A stretch of 64,000 nt of DNA from Octopus sinensis (Eukaryota): contig NC_042999.1 of the NCBI RefSeq assembly GCF_006345805.1, positions 72,850,001-72,914,000 on the forward strand, written 5' to 3'. The notes beneath the pieces are model-generated. The model saw nothing but the letters and a program-made list of their open reading frames with translations. It had not been told where the DNA came from and searched no databases. Positions 38,369-51,686 of this stretch are shown piece after piece. Position 1 is the stretch's first letter; every line of letters starts with the position of its first letter. The position numbers and the translations under genes are program-made.

Positions 38369-39088
38369 TCTACTACATATGTGGGGAATTCTGTCTGTGT
38401 TTGTGGAGTTGTTAGCTAACTCCTCCAACATCATTTTATCAATTTTGATGAAACTTGACACTTGAGTAGAACTCATGTCTGGAAACCTCATGGTATACTC
38501 AGATTGTTGAAAATATCAACAATAGGGTCTCTGGAAGGGATCATTCTATATATCTAATATATTTTATCTTAAAAGCCAAAGGAAATAGCCCATTCGGCCC
38601 TGGAAGGGATCCTTATATATAGCCAAGGGAAATAACCCATTCATTTTCCTAAATTATTTGGTAATATTCTCTGGGAATGCACAAAAGCCCTTTTCAGAGT
38701 TATTTACTTTGAATTGTTATTATCTCATATCTGATTAGCCTGTTATTATGTAACATCCTTCACGATTTTAGTATACATACCTTACGAGTATTTCCTCCTA
38801 TGTTCTATATAGTCTGATAACATATTAATGCCCTTTTCGGGGCTACTTTATTTGAATTCTTACTATCGGGTAACTAATTTCATATTATTAGATAATTGAC
38901 TTCACAATTTGGGAATTCCTAAAATCAAGATCCTGTGTAAGACAGTTCAGTATTCTCTGTAAATGCACAAAAACCATTTTAAGGGCTACATACTTTGTAT
39001 TATTGTTATTGGATTAGCGAAACAATTATGGGAATGGAACCAAGGGACAAGCCCCACTCTCCCGGGAATTACTGGGTACATCAGCTAG
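38369..39088 (+). mobile_element. Non-autonomous Helitron (second family)
   Basis: A|TCTACTACATAT start; 3' cccgggaattactggg hairpin followed by CTAG|T; internal direct sub-repeats. Confidence 0.65.
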
Positions 39089-39329
39089 TGTATTTAATAT
39101 AAGCATATATGCTTCATTAGCTTTGAAGGATTTTTTGAGTTTCATACATAAAACAGATGAGAAATGATATTCCTATGGATGGAATGACAGTATTTAGCAA
39201 TTAACATTCTCAGGTGATCTAAGACTTATTATGAGCAGCAAGATGAACTTAGGCAATAAACTGTGTCCTGCCCAGAAAAATATGAGATGTATATAGTAGT
39301 TATTGTTGTTGCTTCACTTAAGAAACTTA

Positions 39330-39680
39330 TTCTTTATTGACCACATTCAATCAGAGCAGTTGCTCAGTTCTTGGTCAGTCATAAAGATCAAGTAGATTTA
39401 TGATTAATGGTGTACAAGCTGTAACCATTCTGTCTTTTTACACATACTGTGACCATTTTGTCTTTTTTAGACGTATGGTGTTCAAAGTGGTCTTCCTTTT
39501 CCAAGACAGGACTGATATATCTAGCAGTTGACTGCCTATGAGCTCCTTCATCAACTTGAGTAATGTATTGTTTAGCTTTGATCTAAACATTTAGAGTGCT
39601 GTTCCATTTTCAGGATGGAAGGAATTTGACTGCTATTCCTTGCAGGTTGATTGACCACATAAAGACTCCCTCTTTGCTTA
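39330..39680 (+). mobile_element. Abundant old interspersed repeat (probable SINE)
   Basis: Cores ~gatcaaaggcattccagctgtgaccat and ~ggctgctatttctagcagg recur near 29830, 30360, 37680, 41800, 42020, 46330 (-) and 48380. Confidence 0.5.
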
Positions 39681-39934
39681 GTATTTATGGCAAAAGGTGT
39701 TTCTAAACCCCACCCCTGCTTTTTTTAAATTTTTATCAAGGATGATGAATAATGAATTCTAGTGTTTCTAAATATAGTTCCATTGAATTCACTGAATGGA
39801 CAAATAATTGTGAAATTGTAAGGTGTGTGGAGGAAATGTGATGTTGTTGGAGGAAACTCTTTTGTATAGTTTTGAATATTAAGTACCTAAGAATAGACAA
39901 TGTTAAAAGAGGAATAAAGCTTGCTAGCTGCTAA

Positions 39935-40145
39935 CCCTTTTGATACCAACCTGCCAAATACTGCCTCTGGTTCTATGATACAAACTTCATGTTTAAAGTG
40001 ATCGAAATTAAATCCTTCCATCAAAATTCCATCTTCATTTATGTTCCAAACACTGGTTTAATAATGTTTATATTCCTAATTCTTCATTATTTTCAAAATT
40101 GATTGAAACAAGGTCAGTGTTTTTCAACAGAAATATGGCAAGAAT
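39935..40145. mobile_element. Degenerate piggyBac-type MITE family 3
   Basis: Starts ctaa|CCCTTTTGATACCAAC; the interior resembles family 2; the right TIR is decayed; similar copy at about 42756-43010. Confidence 0.5.
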
Positions 40146-40959
40146 AGTGGTACAAAGTCTCGGTAGCATCAGTCATAGTCAGTGAGAGCAACAGTAACTG
40201 ATAATCCTAGAGGTCATTTTTTTGAACAGAGAATATTGCTGGTTTGTTTTATTCCTGTTATTATGGAATAGTTTGGAGAGTGGAGGAATCAGGTTTATAT
40301 ATAATACATTTGAATGTATAATTTTAAAATAAAAGAAAAATTTGTAGCTGTGTTCCATTGTATGGTACAGTCTCAAGCTGCCCAATGCCTTGTTTGTGAA
40401 TTTGGTAGACAAACTGCATGGAAGCCTATCTTATACACACATACATGCATACATATATACATACATATGTATATGTGTGTTTGCAATGTTGTGCTTGCAT
40501 TCCACTGCTTGATGACTAGTTTTGGTTTGTTTATTTCCACATGTCATAGTAATTTGGCAAAGAGATTGATAGAATAAATGCCAGACTTAAGATAGGTACT
40601 GGGGTCAATTTGGTCAAGTAAACCCTTTAAGGTGGGTGCCCAAACTTGACTGCAGTCCAGTGACCGGTATGAGTAAAAAATAATAGAGGTATTTTATCTG
40701 AAAGTGTATGTTAAAGAATTTGGATGTACTTGCATGTGTGTTGGGAGATTTGGGCATGTATTTAAAGGTCTTTATGTAAGTATGTACATTTGAAAGGTGC
40801 TGGTGCTGTCACAAATAGGTGACCCAATCTACCCATGCTGGCATGGAAAAGTAGATAGAAAGCTGATAATGACCGGGATGCATCAGATGCACACACACCG
40901 AGTTTCTCTGTCTGTCTGTCTCTCACTCAATACATATCTTTCGTATAACATTTTAAGAG

Positions 40960-41790
40960 AGGAAAACACCAAGGTGTTTTCTCATCACCTTCCAGAGGAG
41001 AACTTGAGCTGTGCACTTGCCAATTTTAACAGTCCTGTCACTGCTTACAACTGTGAACTATAGAAGATATGCTGTTGTTTCACTTGCAAAAAACAACAGC
41101 CAAATATCCTTCAGCTTATCCTGTATCATTTTAAGAAGGATACACTGGACACAATATATAATCAAGATGGTTATGGGCAGAATACTTTTGACAAGCACCT
41201 GCAAGTCTGTTTCAGACTGAATTCTGAATTATTTCTTCTTGCAGTATTTGCTTAGAACTTGAACTCATCTGTTGAGTTTTGGCCATGAGCACAGTTCTAT
41301 AGTGGTGACAGTATATAAACCACAGACCTCTTGGCTGCATGTTCTTTAAGATGATGATGCTCTATTGGCTTAGTTATAAGATCTTTAACATAGTCTTTTA
41401 TAATCCTGTTGTTCCTATATAAAAGTTAAGTGATAGGAACACTGTTATCCTTTAAAGAATAATACTTTGAGATAGTTGCATATAATCAATTATATCAACT
41501 CCAGTATTTATTCTGACCAGTACTTATTTTGTCAACCACAAGTGCATGAAAGACTATGGTGGGATTTAAATGTGGATACACTGGTTGATGAGAGTTGAGA
41601 TAAAATGCAACTCTACTAATGTTATTGGAAGTGGTAGGGAGAAAACAAACAAACAAAACATCACTTTTATAAGTCAGTGGTTGTAGCATGTTAGTGAATG
41701 AGTCTTTACCTATCAGCCAGATAGTCTTCTTTTGGAGGAGGTCTAGAATTTTGTGTATGTAGTGGTAGTATTGTTTCATGTATTTATAAG
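40960..41790 (-). pseudogene. Decayed Penelope-like element fragment
   Basis: Frameshifted - strand VVYIL...GQ..LNR.VQV.KQ.I resembles the GIY-YIG YIGQT/RxxxH region; heavily degraded. Confidence 0.4.
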
Positions 41791-43443
41791 TTGTTGTTTA
41801 TGATCAGACCTATGATCATTGGTTTCACCGCTATCTCTTTTCCAGACTACTTTGTCTTAGGTATCTCATTTTAAAGATAGTAGGGTGTTATTCAAGGAAA
41901 ATTTGGTTGCTATTTTTAGCAGGTCAACTGACTGCATAAAGACTCCTTCATGGTTTGTGTATTTGCTTTACATATGAGTAGCTCTCTAATATGTATTGTT
42001 TTGTTTCAAGTTAACCCCATTTAAACAACCTTTTAATCTGAGGCATTCCAGCTCTGACCATTCCATTTCTCCCAAGTCCAGACATATGTAGGTTTAGCTT
42101 TTTTTTTTAGTTTGTTAATTGTACAATTGAAGGCTGCAACAATTACAAAATGTGGAAACCCCACCCCCATCTCTGTATGCCAATGGTTGTATCAGCATCT
42201 ACATATTCTAATTATACATGTCAAGAAGATGAGCCAGACTGATTTTGTTCAGATTAAGAAAATAGACAAAAAAATGCATGATAATGGTTAGTAATCTAAT
42301 TTATTAATTCTTATTCATTTGCCCTAAAAAGCATCATAAACTTTAAATGATCATAATGTAACCCTTTACTTTCCTCATAGTTGAAATGTTTTCTTGTTAC
42401 ATCCCATTTCAGAAATTCTATAAAGATACCAATAATTTTATTACAGATTCTAAACTTAGAAATATAAAAATCTTCGTAATGCTATTTTAATGCTCCTTAG
42501 ACTAAGGTCACCAGCAAGTATCATATAAATAACTAAACAGATGCACACAGTATGATTACAATTTTAATTTCAACTTTATCAACTTGAGAATTCCAGTTCC
42601 AAGCAGCCGAGATAAATATCCGTCCCAAAGTTATTTCATTGATGAGAAATTTCTTTAAAAAATTTTTTTATCTGTTCTCATCCTTAGAGTATAAAAAACT
42701 CTAAAATTATTTTATTATAACAAACACAGCATTATTTTAAGAAAAGTACTTTGCTCAACTCTTTCAAGCCAACTTGCTTGAGACCACTCCTGGTCTTGAG
42801 ATATAAAGCTATTTATTTTTTAAAGTATTCCTATTTAAATTAAAACTTCACATCACAATCTTAGCCAGAAACCTCTTATGTTCCAAATACCAGCTTAACT
42901 ACGAATGTCTTTTTACCAATTCACTCTAAATTCTTGATTATTTGAAATTAGTTGAAACACTTTGTAACAAGTATGATCATAAAAGAGGGAACAGTTTCAG
43001 ATGACAGTGTAGTTTTCCACACTGTTCATTCCTCTTTCATACTGCTATTTTTGAAACTACATTTTGACCAATCTATGTTCCAACCAATTTCATCAGAACT
43101 ACAGTAGGGAGATACTTAATAACTTACAGGAAGAGAATAATTAAAAGTATTATTTCAAACTGATGAGTGGAAAATTTCATTATATAAGATTTTAGATAAG
43201 GGCTAATATTTTATCTTTTTCTCACTATCTCTGTCACAACAGATAGTAACATATCTATTTGCTAGGGTCTCACCATTTAGTCATATTAATTTTGAATTCA
43301 ATGTTTTGATGGTCTTCAGGCCACAATAGAGGAACTCTGCAAAACCTAGTCTTGATGTTAAATTAGACATTAGATTAAGCCTGCCCTTTACATTTCTTAC
43401 CTGCCTAGAAATAACAAATCTCCCTCCAATCACATTGGTCTAA

Positions 43444-45929
43444 CACGGGTCACTGAACTACAACCTGCAGGCTGGATCCAGCCTATGAATTCAGTTCATC
43501 TGGTCCGCTGCCGCATTGTATCTTTTGTGTAAGTACCTGCAATGAGAGTTTATTCCTGCAGTGAGGAAGACTGTTTACTTTTAGCAACTTCATCAAAGCG
43601 TCTATGATGGAAGCTGCAAATGACTTGCCCTGAGAAAGCTGATTTGTTTTGAAGTATCAGCCTTTCAGCAAGTTCAGTTGTGCAGAGAGCAGAAGAACTT
43701 GGAGAGAACATAGTGCTACAGATATGCAAGAAAGCTAGGACAAGTTCACTGATCTCTCGAGTACATCACGACTTCTTGCGTTCATTCATGGTGTTAATTT
43801 GGACTTTCAGATCACAAAAGAGTTGGCATCCATTTGTAACATGCATGGAACAACAACTGGAGAATTCATTTTCATGGAAGTGCAGAAAATTTTGCAAGGC
43901 TATAACCTTCAGTGGAATCAACTTCAATGTGTTATAGTGAATGGAGGTAAAATCATGGCTGGAGTGAAGAAGGGTCTGGGTGGGGCAGATCAGGACTGTG
44001 TAGGAAGATCTTCAACTCCCAGGCGTTATGTTTATACACTGCATTTTACATCAGCAAGCCCTCTGTGGGAAAGACTTAATATTTCTTGCATACTAAAACC
44101 AGTTGTTTCTGCAGTGAACTTCATTTGGGTTAGGGTTAAGGTTAATCAATGCCATTCCAGGTTTTTCTTGAAGAAATTGATTCTGAATTCTGTGATTTGC
44201 TTTTTCACACAACATTGAGTAAGGTCAGCTGCACTAAAGTCTTGTGTCGGTTTTATAAGCTCTGAAGAGAAATAGGTATTTTTCTCATTGTAAAGGATAG
44301 AGCTAATCCACTTCTGTCAGATCCTACCTAGCTGTTAAAGTTGTCATTTTTGATTGACATCACATTCCACTTGAATGAATTGAACTTGAAACTTCAGGGA
44401 AAGGATAATCTTATCTGTGATCTCTACAGAATCATCAAAGGATTTCTGAAAAAGCTATCACTCTTTGAAGAACAAATGGAAGGAGGAAACTTCTCTCATT
44501 TGGAATCACAGAAGATATTAACCTTCATTTTCTGAAGATTACTCTTGACTTAAACAAGCATTTTCTTGAGAGATTTTCATATTTCAACAAAATTGAGAGT
44601 GACATTCTTCTATTCCAGAATCCATTTGATTGGAGCTCATTGATTTGCAAGCAAATGACTTGTTGAAAGAGAAGCACAGAGAAGGAAAATTTGTTGGATT
44701 TTATCACTGCTTACCTCATGTGGAGTTTTCAAAGTTGAAGAAATTTGCCTCTGGTGTAACATTGGTATTTGGAGCAACTTATGCCTGTGAGCAAACATTT
44801 TCAAAAATGAAGTATGTGAAGTCAGCACATCAAAGAGGTTGACTGATGAACATTTGAAAGCAATTCTCTTTGTTGGATGCAGCAATTCCAAAGCAAATAG
44901 TGATGATATTTTTTATAACATGATTTTTGTATATGTCACCTTTGCGTCATGCACTAATACAGTGTGATGTATAGTACCATGGAATGGGTTAGACACCAAC
45001 TGTCACCACTTGATGTATCCCCAGCGTTGTAACCTATTTGCAGTATGGGTAGGAATTTCTTTCTTCTATCCAAAAATTGATAATAATGGTTGGTGATCAG
45101 TTTGTAGCCGTAAACTTCTACCATGCACAAATCTGTGAAATTTCTTCATGGCAAAAATGATCGCTAGAGCTTCCTTATGTATTTGACTATAGTTTTTCTC
45201 TGCTACTTTCAGAGAACGTGAAGCATAAACCACCACCTTCATTACCGTCTTTATATTTATGTAGCATTACTACTCCTGTGCTGTATTCAGAAGCGTCAGA
45301 AGCTACAACAGTCTCTGCTTTGAGCTTCCCATTTTGTATATTCCACTGTTTGGATGAATCCAGTTTTCTCTAATCTTGTCATTTAATCTTTTAGGTTATT
45401 TAAGATTTACAGATCAATGATAATTAACTCAGACTTAGGTTAGCTTTGATCAAGTAGAAGCATGATCAAAAGTCTTCCAGCCATTACAGAAAGATAAAGA
45501 CAACCACATGATTTTTGTATATGTCACCTTAGTGTTATGCACAGTGTGATATATAGTACCATAGAATGGGATTGACACAAACTGTCTTCACTTGATGTGT
45601 TCCCAAATACTCTGCCAACAACTGTAACCAATTCAAAACAAATCTTAATGAAGTATAACAACTTCTCAACAATATTTTAAAAGCAAAACACCAGTTTCAC
45701 AAATCTCACTAACCTTTTTTACTGTCTAGTTTGTGAGATTCAGATATGTGTGCATTGTGTATGATGTAAACTATTTTATAGCTAATGTCGCCTTCTCTGA
45801 TAAATATTGTTAAATAAATATGTTGGTTGTCTTTATTTTTTGTGTATTCACTGTATCATATTGAACAAAATGGTTATGCGACCCGCACTTGTCATTCTCT
45901 CAGTGATCCGGCCAGCTGTGAAAAAAGTT
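43444..45929 (+). mobile_element. hAT transposon (SPIN/GTF2IRD2-like) with nested insertions
   Basis: ORFs KELASICNMHGTTTGEFIF, FLIDITFHLNELNLKLQGK and FGATYACEQTFSKMKYVKS (hAT dimerisation domain). 8-bp TSD TGGTCTAA at 43436-43 and 45930-37; the right TIR is truncated. Confidence 0.88.
45019..45385 (-). pseudogene. Gypsy pol fragment (RNase H plus a short RT-proximal piece)
   Basis: ETVVASDASEYSTG...YASRSLKVAEKNYSQIHKEALAIIFAMKKFHRFVHGR...TDHQPLLSIFG...TANRLQRWG. Confidence 0.85.
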
Positions 45930-46083
45930 TGGTCTAACTTAAAATCTGAGAGCATTACTTTGTCTGATTGTAATGGCTTGAAAACTTTTGATCATACTTC
46001 TGATTGATCAAAGCTAACCTAAGTCTGAGTTAATTATCATTGATCTGTAAATCTTAAATAACCTAAAAGATTAAATGACAAGA
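45374..46083. repeat. Inverted repeat with perfect 80-bp outer arms
   Basis: 45374-45453 is the exact reverse complement of 46004-46083; a further ~45 bp inward pair imperfectly. Confidence 0.9.
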
Positions 46084-47682
46084 ACCCAGCAAATAGGTCT
46101 TTTATTATATGTTATGGCAGAAATAATGAAAGAGAAAATGTTAGTCCTTATCTAAAATCTTATATAATGAATATATTTCCATTAGACTGTTTGAAGTAAT
46201 ATTTACTTTTGATTATTCTCTTCCTATACTTATTAAGAATCTCTCTATTGTTGTTTGATGTTAGGTTTTCATCAACCTGTATGATTGTGCACTCGCGCGC
46301 ACACACACACAAAAGAGAGATAGCAAAGCAACAAGGGGAACCTTTATATGGTAGCTTGATAAACTAGAAATAAAAACTGAATGCCCCTTCAATCATATCC
46401 TTGTATCTTAAAAGAGGGATATCTTGGAAAAATATATTCTTAACTATTCAGTGTCCAGGGAAAAAAATACAGGCTGGTTATGGATGGAATGTCCTTGATC
46501 ATAGGTTTGTTATATGAGGGCTGTTCTATGTGTAAACAATATCAATAACAGCAAATAGAGAAAACAAGAATAAGAGGAAATCAGAACAAGTTGAAATTAA
46601 GAACATTGAAATAAAATAGTGCTTGATTATGAGTTTGTCAGTCAGTGTCTCTAACCTGGGAAATCACAAACATTACAGTTGACTTAGCATGCTCATTGCC
46701 TAGTTGCCAACCAGCTTATTGATTACTGGCATGCTGCTTTTTTTTTTCAACCAGTAGCTATCTTGGCAAACATGTCCAACGGTACATGTGTTGCTGGTAC
46801 AATCAGTCAACGAATGTGCATACTTGATTCAGTTAACCAATGCAGGTGTTTCATTATGATCTGCTGTTCAAAAAGGAGCACAGCTGGGTTTTTTTCCTTA
46901 AGACATGTTGGTGCACCTCACACTGAATATTAAATCATGTATATTGAATTATAATTCTAACTGAATTCTGTAGCTGGTAGAATATTGCAGCTGAGTTGCT
47001 TAATATCTTGGAAACCACAGGTAAATTTCTCTCAAAGCACTCATAAAGAAGGATGCATTGGATTATGTGAATCTAGGTATATTATGTCTAAAAAAAAAAT
47101 CCATATAAAAAGCTGGGAGAGTCATGGCTGGAACACTTTAAATAATAAATTGGTTTTGCTTATTAGATCTGAAGTGGGAGCTAAATAACAACAAAACTAC
47201 CTGGCAGTGTCAGGTTTATTACAACATTGTGCTAAGTTACTTTGGACGTTAAACAATGATGATGATGATGACGATGAAGAAGTTGTATGAAAAACTGCTA
47301 AGTTAATTATTCCTTATTCAAACATTTTTTTTGTAAAGTTATCATTCAAGTAGAATACCATTCTCTTGTTAATTTTTAAGAATTCTTGGCTTTTTAATAA
47401 TGCTTGATAAATTCTGTTTCTTTGATCAATGATTTTGGATGAAATTGTGTGTGCAAGTTGTAGCATTACAAGATCTAGAAAAGTAGAAAGAGGCTGTGGG
47501 AAGCAGTGAAACTTTGGGAACAGGTGTAGATAACTAATCACAGCAATTTCATGAATGATGTAACACACATGTTCCAAGATGTCTGTGTGTGAATGTACAT
47601 GCTTTTCCAATGAATATGAAATCACTAGAGTGGTTTACAAAAGTAAAATTTATTCCCTGTTTTCAATGTAAGAAATATCAAA

Positions 47683-47733
47683 ATGACGATTCTGGGTTTA
47701 CTACTAGCTCTATCCTTATGTATCTTTATTCCC
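47683..47733 (+). CDS. Candidate first coding exon, signal-peptide/TM-like MTILGLLLALSLCIFIP
   Basis: aaaATG context, 17 mostly hydrophobic codons, consensus donor CCC|gtgagt, acceptor 10 nt upstream, upstream in-frame stop. Confidence 0.38.
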
Positions 47734-49119
47734 GTGAGTTTGTTTTGCCTGTACAATTGCTCTTGTTGGAATGTTATGGTTTTATTTATTGCATCATTCC
47801 TGGAAAAAACATTATTCATGTCAAACCTTGAATGGCTGTGTCAGAGCATCTAATGTCAGCATGTCAATTACTGATAATCCTAACAGACTTGTTAAGATTA
47901 TTTAATCATTTTTGTCTGTTTTCACATTCAGCCGAACAGTAATATAATCCTTTGTTGCCTATCTGCCTGAATTTATTGTATTGTAAGTGAAGCTTACATA
48001 ATTCAGTGTCAGAATAATATGTATGGTGCAGATGTTGTGCCTTAGTCAATGAGACATATTCAGACACATGTTTATTTTTAGATTATTGTTCTTTTGTACT
48101 TGAGGACTATTTTTAATGAAAAGGTGGTTCAGAAGTGGTGGGAGTAGATTATGCTGACATTATTAGAGCAAAGATGGAAAAATAGAACTGTTATGTGACA
48201 TAGATTGTGATGAAAACCTATTTAAGATATGTTTATTTTGAATAGAGATATAGAGCAGCTCAAACTTTAAGAGTTTGTATCACAGGAAACAGGATGCTGT
48301 ATAATGTGTGAAAAAGAGGACTGGAAAGGTTTTTAATCTATTGAGAGTCATGAGTGTACTGTTTAGTGTCAAGTCAGCTCTAATTGAGGAGATCTATGGT
48401 CAAAAGTAGCCCAGCCATCACCATCCTAACCTTTTCTGGTGTTTATCGAACCACATTCTTCAATATATCTTTTTTGTTTTTAGATGGCAAGGTGTAGTTT
48501 TAGGGTTATCTGGCTGCTATTTCTATCAAGTTGTGTGGGCATATGGAAGCCCAAAGGCAGCAAGTATTTAATATTTGGGAAAAGGTCAAGGGAAGGCATA
48601 ATTGTAGCGTTGTTTGTTTACATGTAAGTGTGGTGCTGGTATATTTCATTAGTTAAGTGTGAAGATATAGAAGTGTGTAATGGCAGTCTAATCTAATATT
48701 TAGTTTAATACAGACCATCTAGTCCTTATGTGCCTTTAGCAGAATCTATTGTTACAAACATTTTGTGTCAAGGTCTCTGGCCTGAAGATACCTTCCTCCT
48801 TTTTTCTGTTGTTCTCACCATTCTTAAAGATTTGGCAAAATGTCAAGGGCAATAGCCTTCTACTACTAATTCATGAAAACAAAAAAAAACATCTTGCATG
48901 TATCTTTTCATATACTGGAGACTACTATGAAAATTTTAAAATATTTGCATTCACTTGGAAGATGTCTTCATTTTAAATTTGAATGGTATTTAATGTTTTA
49001 ATAGGGAAATTTTACTATAATAGATAGAACAATATATTTATGAAATATGGCTTCATTTTAAGCAACAAAGTCCAACTTTTTTTTCAGTTACAGTTACATA
49101 AATAAATTTGATTTTATTG

Positions 49120-49193
<74 letters not shown>

Positions 49194-51686
49194 CATTTGT
49201 TTACTGCAGAGACGGAAAATTGTAAATCAAGACATTTTATCTTTTTTTATTTCTAAATTTTAAATTGATAACTGAAATGTTTTAATGCCCTCAAAGTTGA
49301 AGTGAAGAAATTTCTTACTTCTTTGAATTTCTGTTTTTCATTTGCTGCTGTTTAATATAAACTTATGCAATCATTTGAATCTAAAAGTACCATGAAAGCC
49401 TGTGTGTGAAAAGAGATGTAGATGTCTGCTATACACATCTGTACATGGATTACATGAGTTGGATGAAAAAGATTCTTGAGAAGATATAGGAAGGTACTGA
49501 TAGTAGAGAATAGGAAGATAGCAGGCTGGTTGGTGGTTGTGGTGGTGATATACTGTATTGCAGACCCATCCTTTTATTTTAGGATGATGGTAATGATGAT
49601 ATTTTCAATTCTAGTTAGAATTTCAGTTTTAAATTTCATTCATTAATACTGATTTTGTTTTACAAAGACAATTTATAAAATAGTAAACTTATAATAATAT
49701 TGAGCACCCAGAGAGAGCGCAAGCCTCCACCAAGGCAACACCAATGTCCTCTCATCGATTAGCCAGCGATGATTTTTAAAATGAGAATATCTGAAATAAA
49801 CTTGACTGCTCTCCCAAACGAGAATACTAAAAGTTAACCTGATTTCTCTCAAAACTTAAGTAAAAAAACTGGAAAAATAATCCAGAATCCTTGTCCAGTA
49901 CCTGATCAATCCCAATTACTGAAAAAAGTGAAGTAACTTATAATGAAACAAACAATTAGGCTCTGATTTAATTACCTATCTCCTTTGGGAAGTTTTAAAA
50001 GTTATCAGTTGATTTAATTTTTGTTCAATTAATGCTGATGTTTTTAGAACATATTGTTATACTTCTAGATACATATAACTAATTTTTAATCAAGTCTGAG
50101 GTTTTGATGTCTGTTTTGACAATGAGTTAGGAGATATACATAAAAGTAGGTAGGTTGATCTTTTGTGGGAATGGCGGTTGTTTTTTTCTTGGATCTTTCA
50201 TTGGAAAAAGGCCCTACTTGAAATATTAAGGTATTTATATTTTCCAACCTGTTTAGTTAGATTGTAATTTCACACATTTTCACAGATTTTAGAAGAGTAG
50301 CAACAGCAATCCTCTAATTGCAACATTCAGGCAATTGATTCTTCTTATCAAGTACCTACCTACTTCTCATCAAGTACCATGGTTAGACACCTCTGCCAAA
50401 AATGGATTCTGTATCAACAAATACGCCTATGTATTTTTTGTTTGTTTTTATATAAGTAAATTACAATAGTTTGATATGTACAATGGTTGTTTTGATTGTA
50501 AAGCATTGTTTAAAGTTTTTTTTTTTAAATAACAAACGACCTTGACTATAATTGTTAAAATAAAGTTAGTCACACAAATGGAACTAGTGTAAAAGCAACA
50601 TGTAGAATATGTGGAGCACATTCCATTCCAGTGAAAAGGTGAGATAATTTACATAATCTGACTATTGAGATGTAACTGATAACTAGTTAATGAAAAACTT
50701 TGTTTTTTCACATCCTGAACATCTAATGGACTCACAAGAAAACTGAACTGAACATTGTTTAAATCTCTCGAATGGTTTAGTACTGGATAACAACTACTAC
50801 TTGCATTATTTTGCTTGGAATAGTTTTTAAAGACAAATATTTGTTTGTGGCACTATGAACTTTCTTTCCAAAACAACCTCCCTTTGCAAATTCTTAGGAA
50901 TTAGAATGTGTACTGTTTCCTCTCTTTTGAATTGATGTAATCAATGAATTTAATTCTACCTATATAAACAGTTTTGAAAAATCTCTACACTAATTTGACA
51001 GTAATTTAGGGCTAGTATTATTGCCTTCAGCCTTGTACTCGACCACCTTGTATTAATGTTAGCATGTGGAATTAGTTGCTGAATGTTCAGCATCACTGTG
51101 GTCTGATACAGAAGATAGGTTGTTACAAATGTTTAATTTTACTCAGTTACATGATAGAGAAGTGTTTGCCTAAAAAAGTGATTTATGACATTAATACACA
51201 TAGAATTTGTTAGTGCTTCCTTTTTTTTTTATAGATAGTTCATTCTTTGATAGAACTGTTAGTTTTCTCTTAAAGTTCCTGTTCCCTAATAAATGTCAGA
51301 TGCATGCTGAAGTTGCCACTTTCTCTCCATATTTCATAGATATATCATTGAACAGTTGGAAGAAATTTCTTCAGTGAATTCAATATCTGATATTTGAAGA
51401 GAAAAAGTCATAATTAGATTATAAAGAATTTGATAATTTAGCATAATCAAAGTAAATTGGATATAAAATTAGTCTTTGATAATGCAAAGATTTTTTTTAC
51501 TGGAAAACATGTTATTTCTTCTAAATTGCAAAAGCTGTATCCATTTTTGTATGGGTGAATTTGAATGCTTTTCACACTAAACTTCACTTTGAGAATTTGC
51601 TATAGCATTATATTTGGTTTGTGGTATCTTATAATTACTAAATATTAAAATTAATACTAATTATAAATCATTTTAGTTTTTGTTAG

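Noticed and set aside
43401-43404. 4-nt minus-strand microexon (tttctag|GCAG|gtaaga)
   Set aside because: Such motifs arise by chance in 64 kb of AT-rich DNA, and there are no neighbouring supported exons.
47932-47982. + strand exon with strong acceptor and gtaagt donor
   Set aside because: Stop codons occur in all three frames; at most a non-coding or poison exon, which is unsupported without RNA data.
49705-49920. Helentron-like element (gagcacccagagagagcgcaagcctccaccaaggc...)
   Set aside because: It looks like a repeat start, but it is single-copy here and no termini could be verified.
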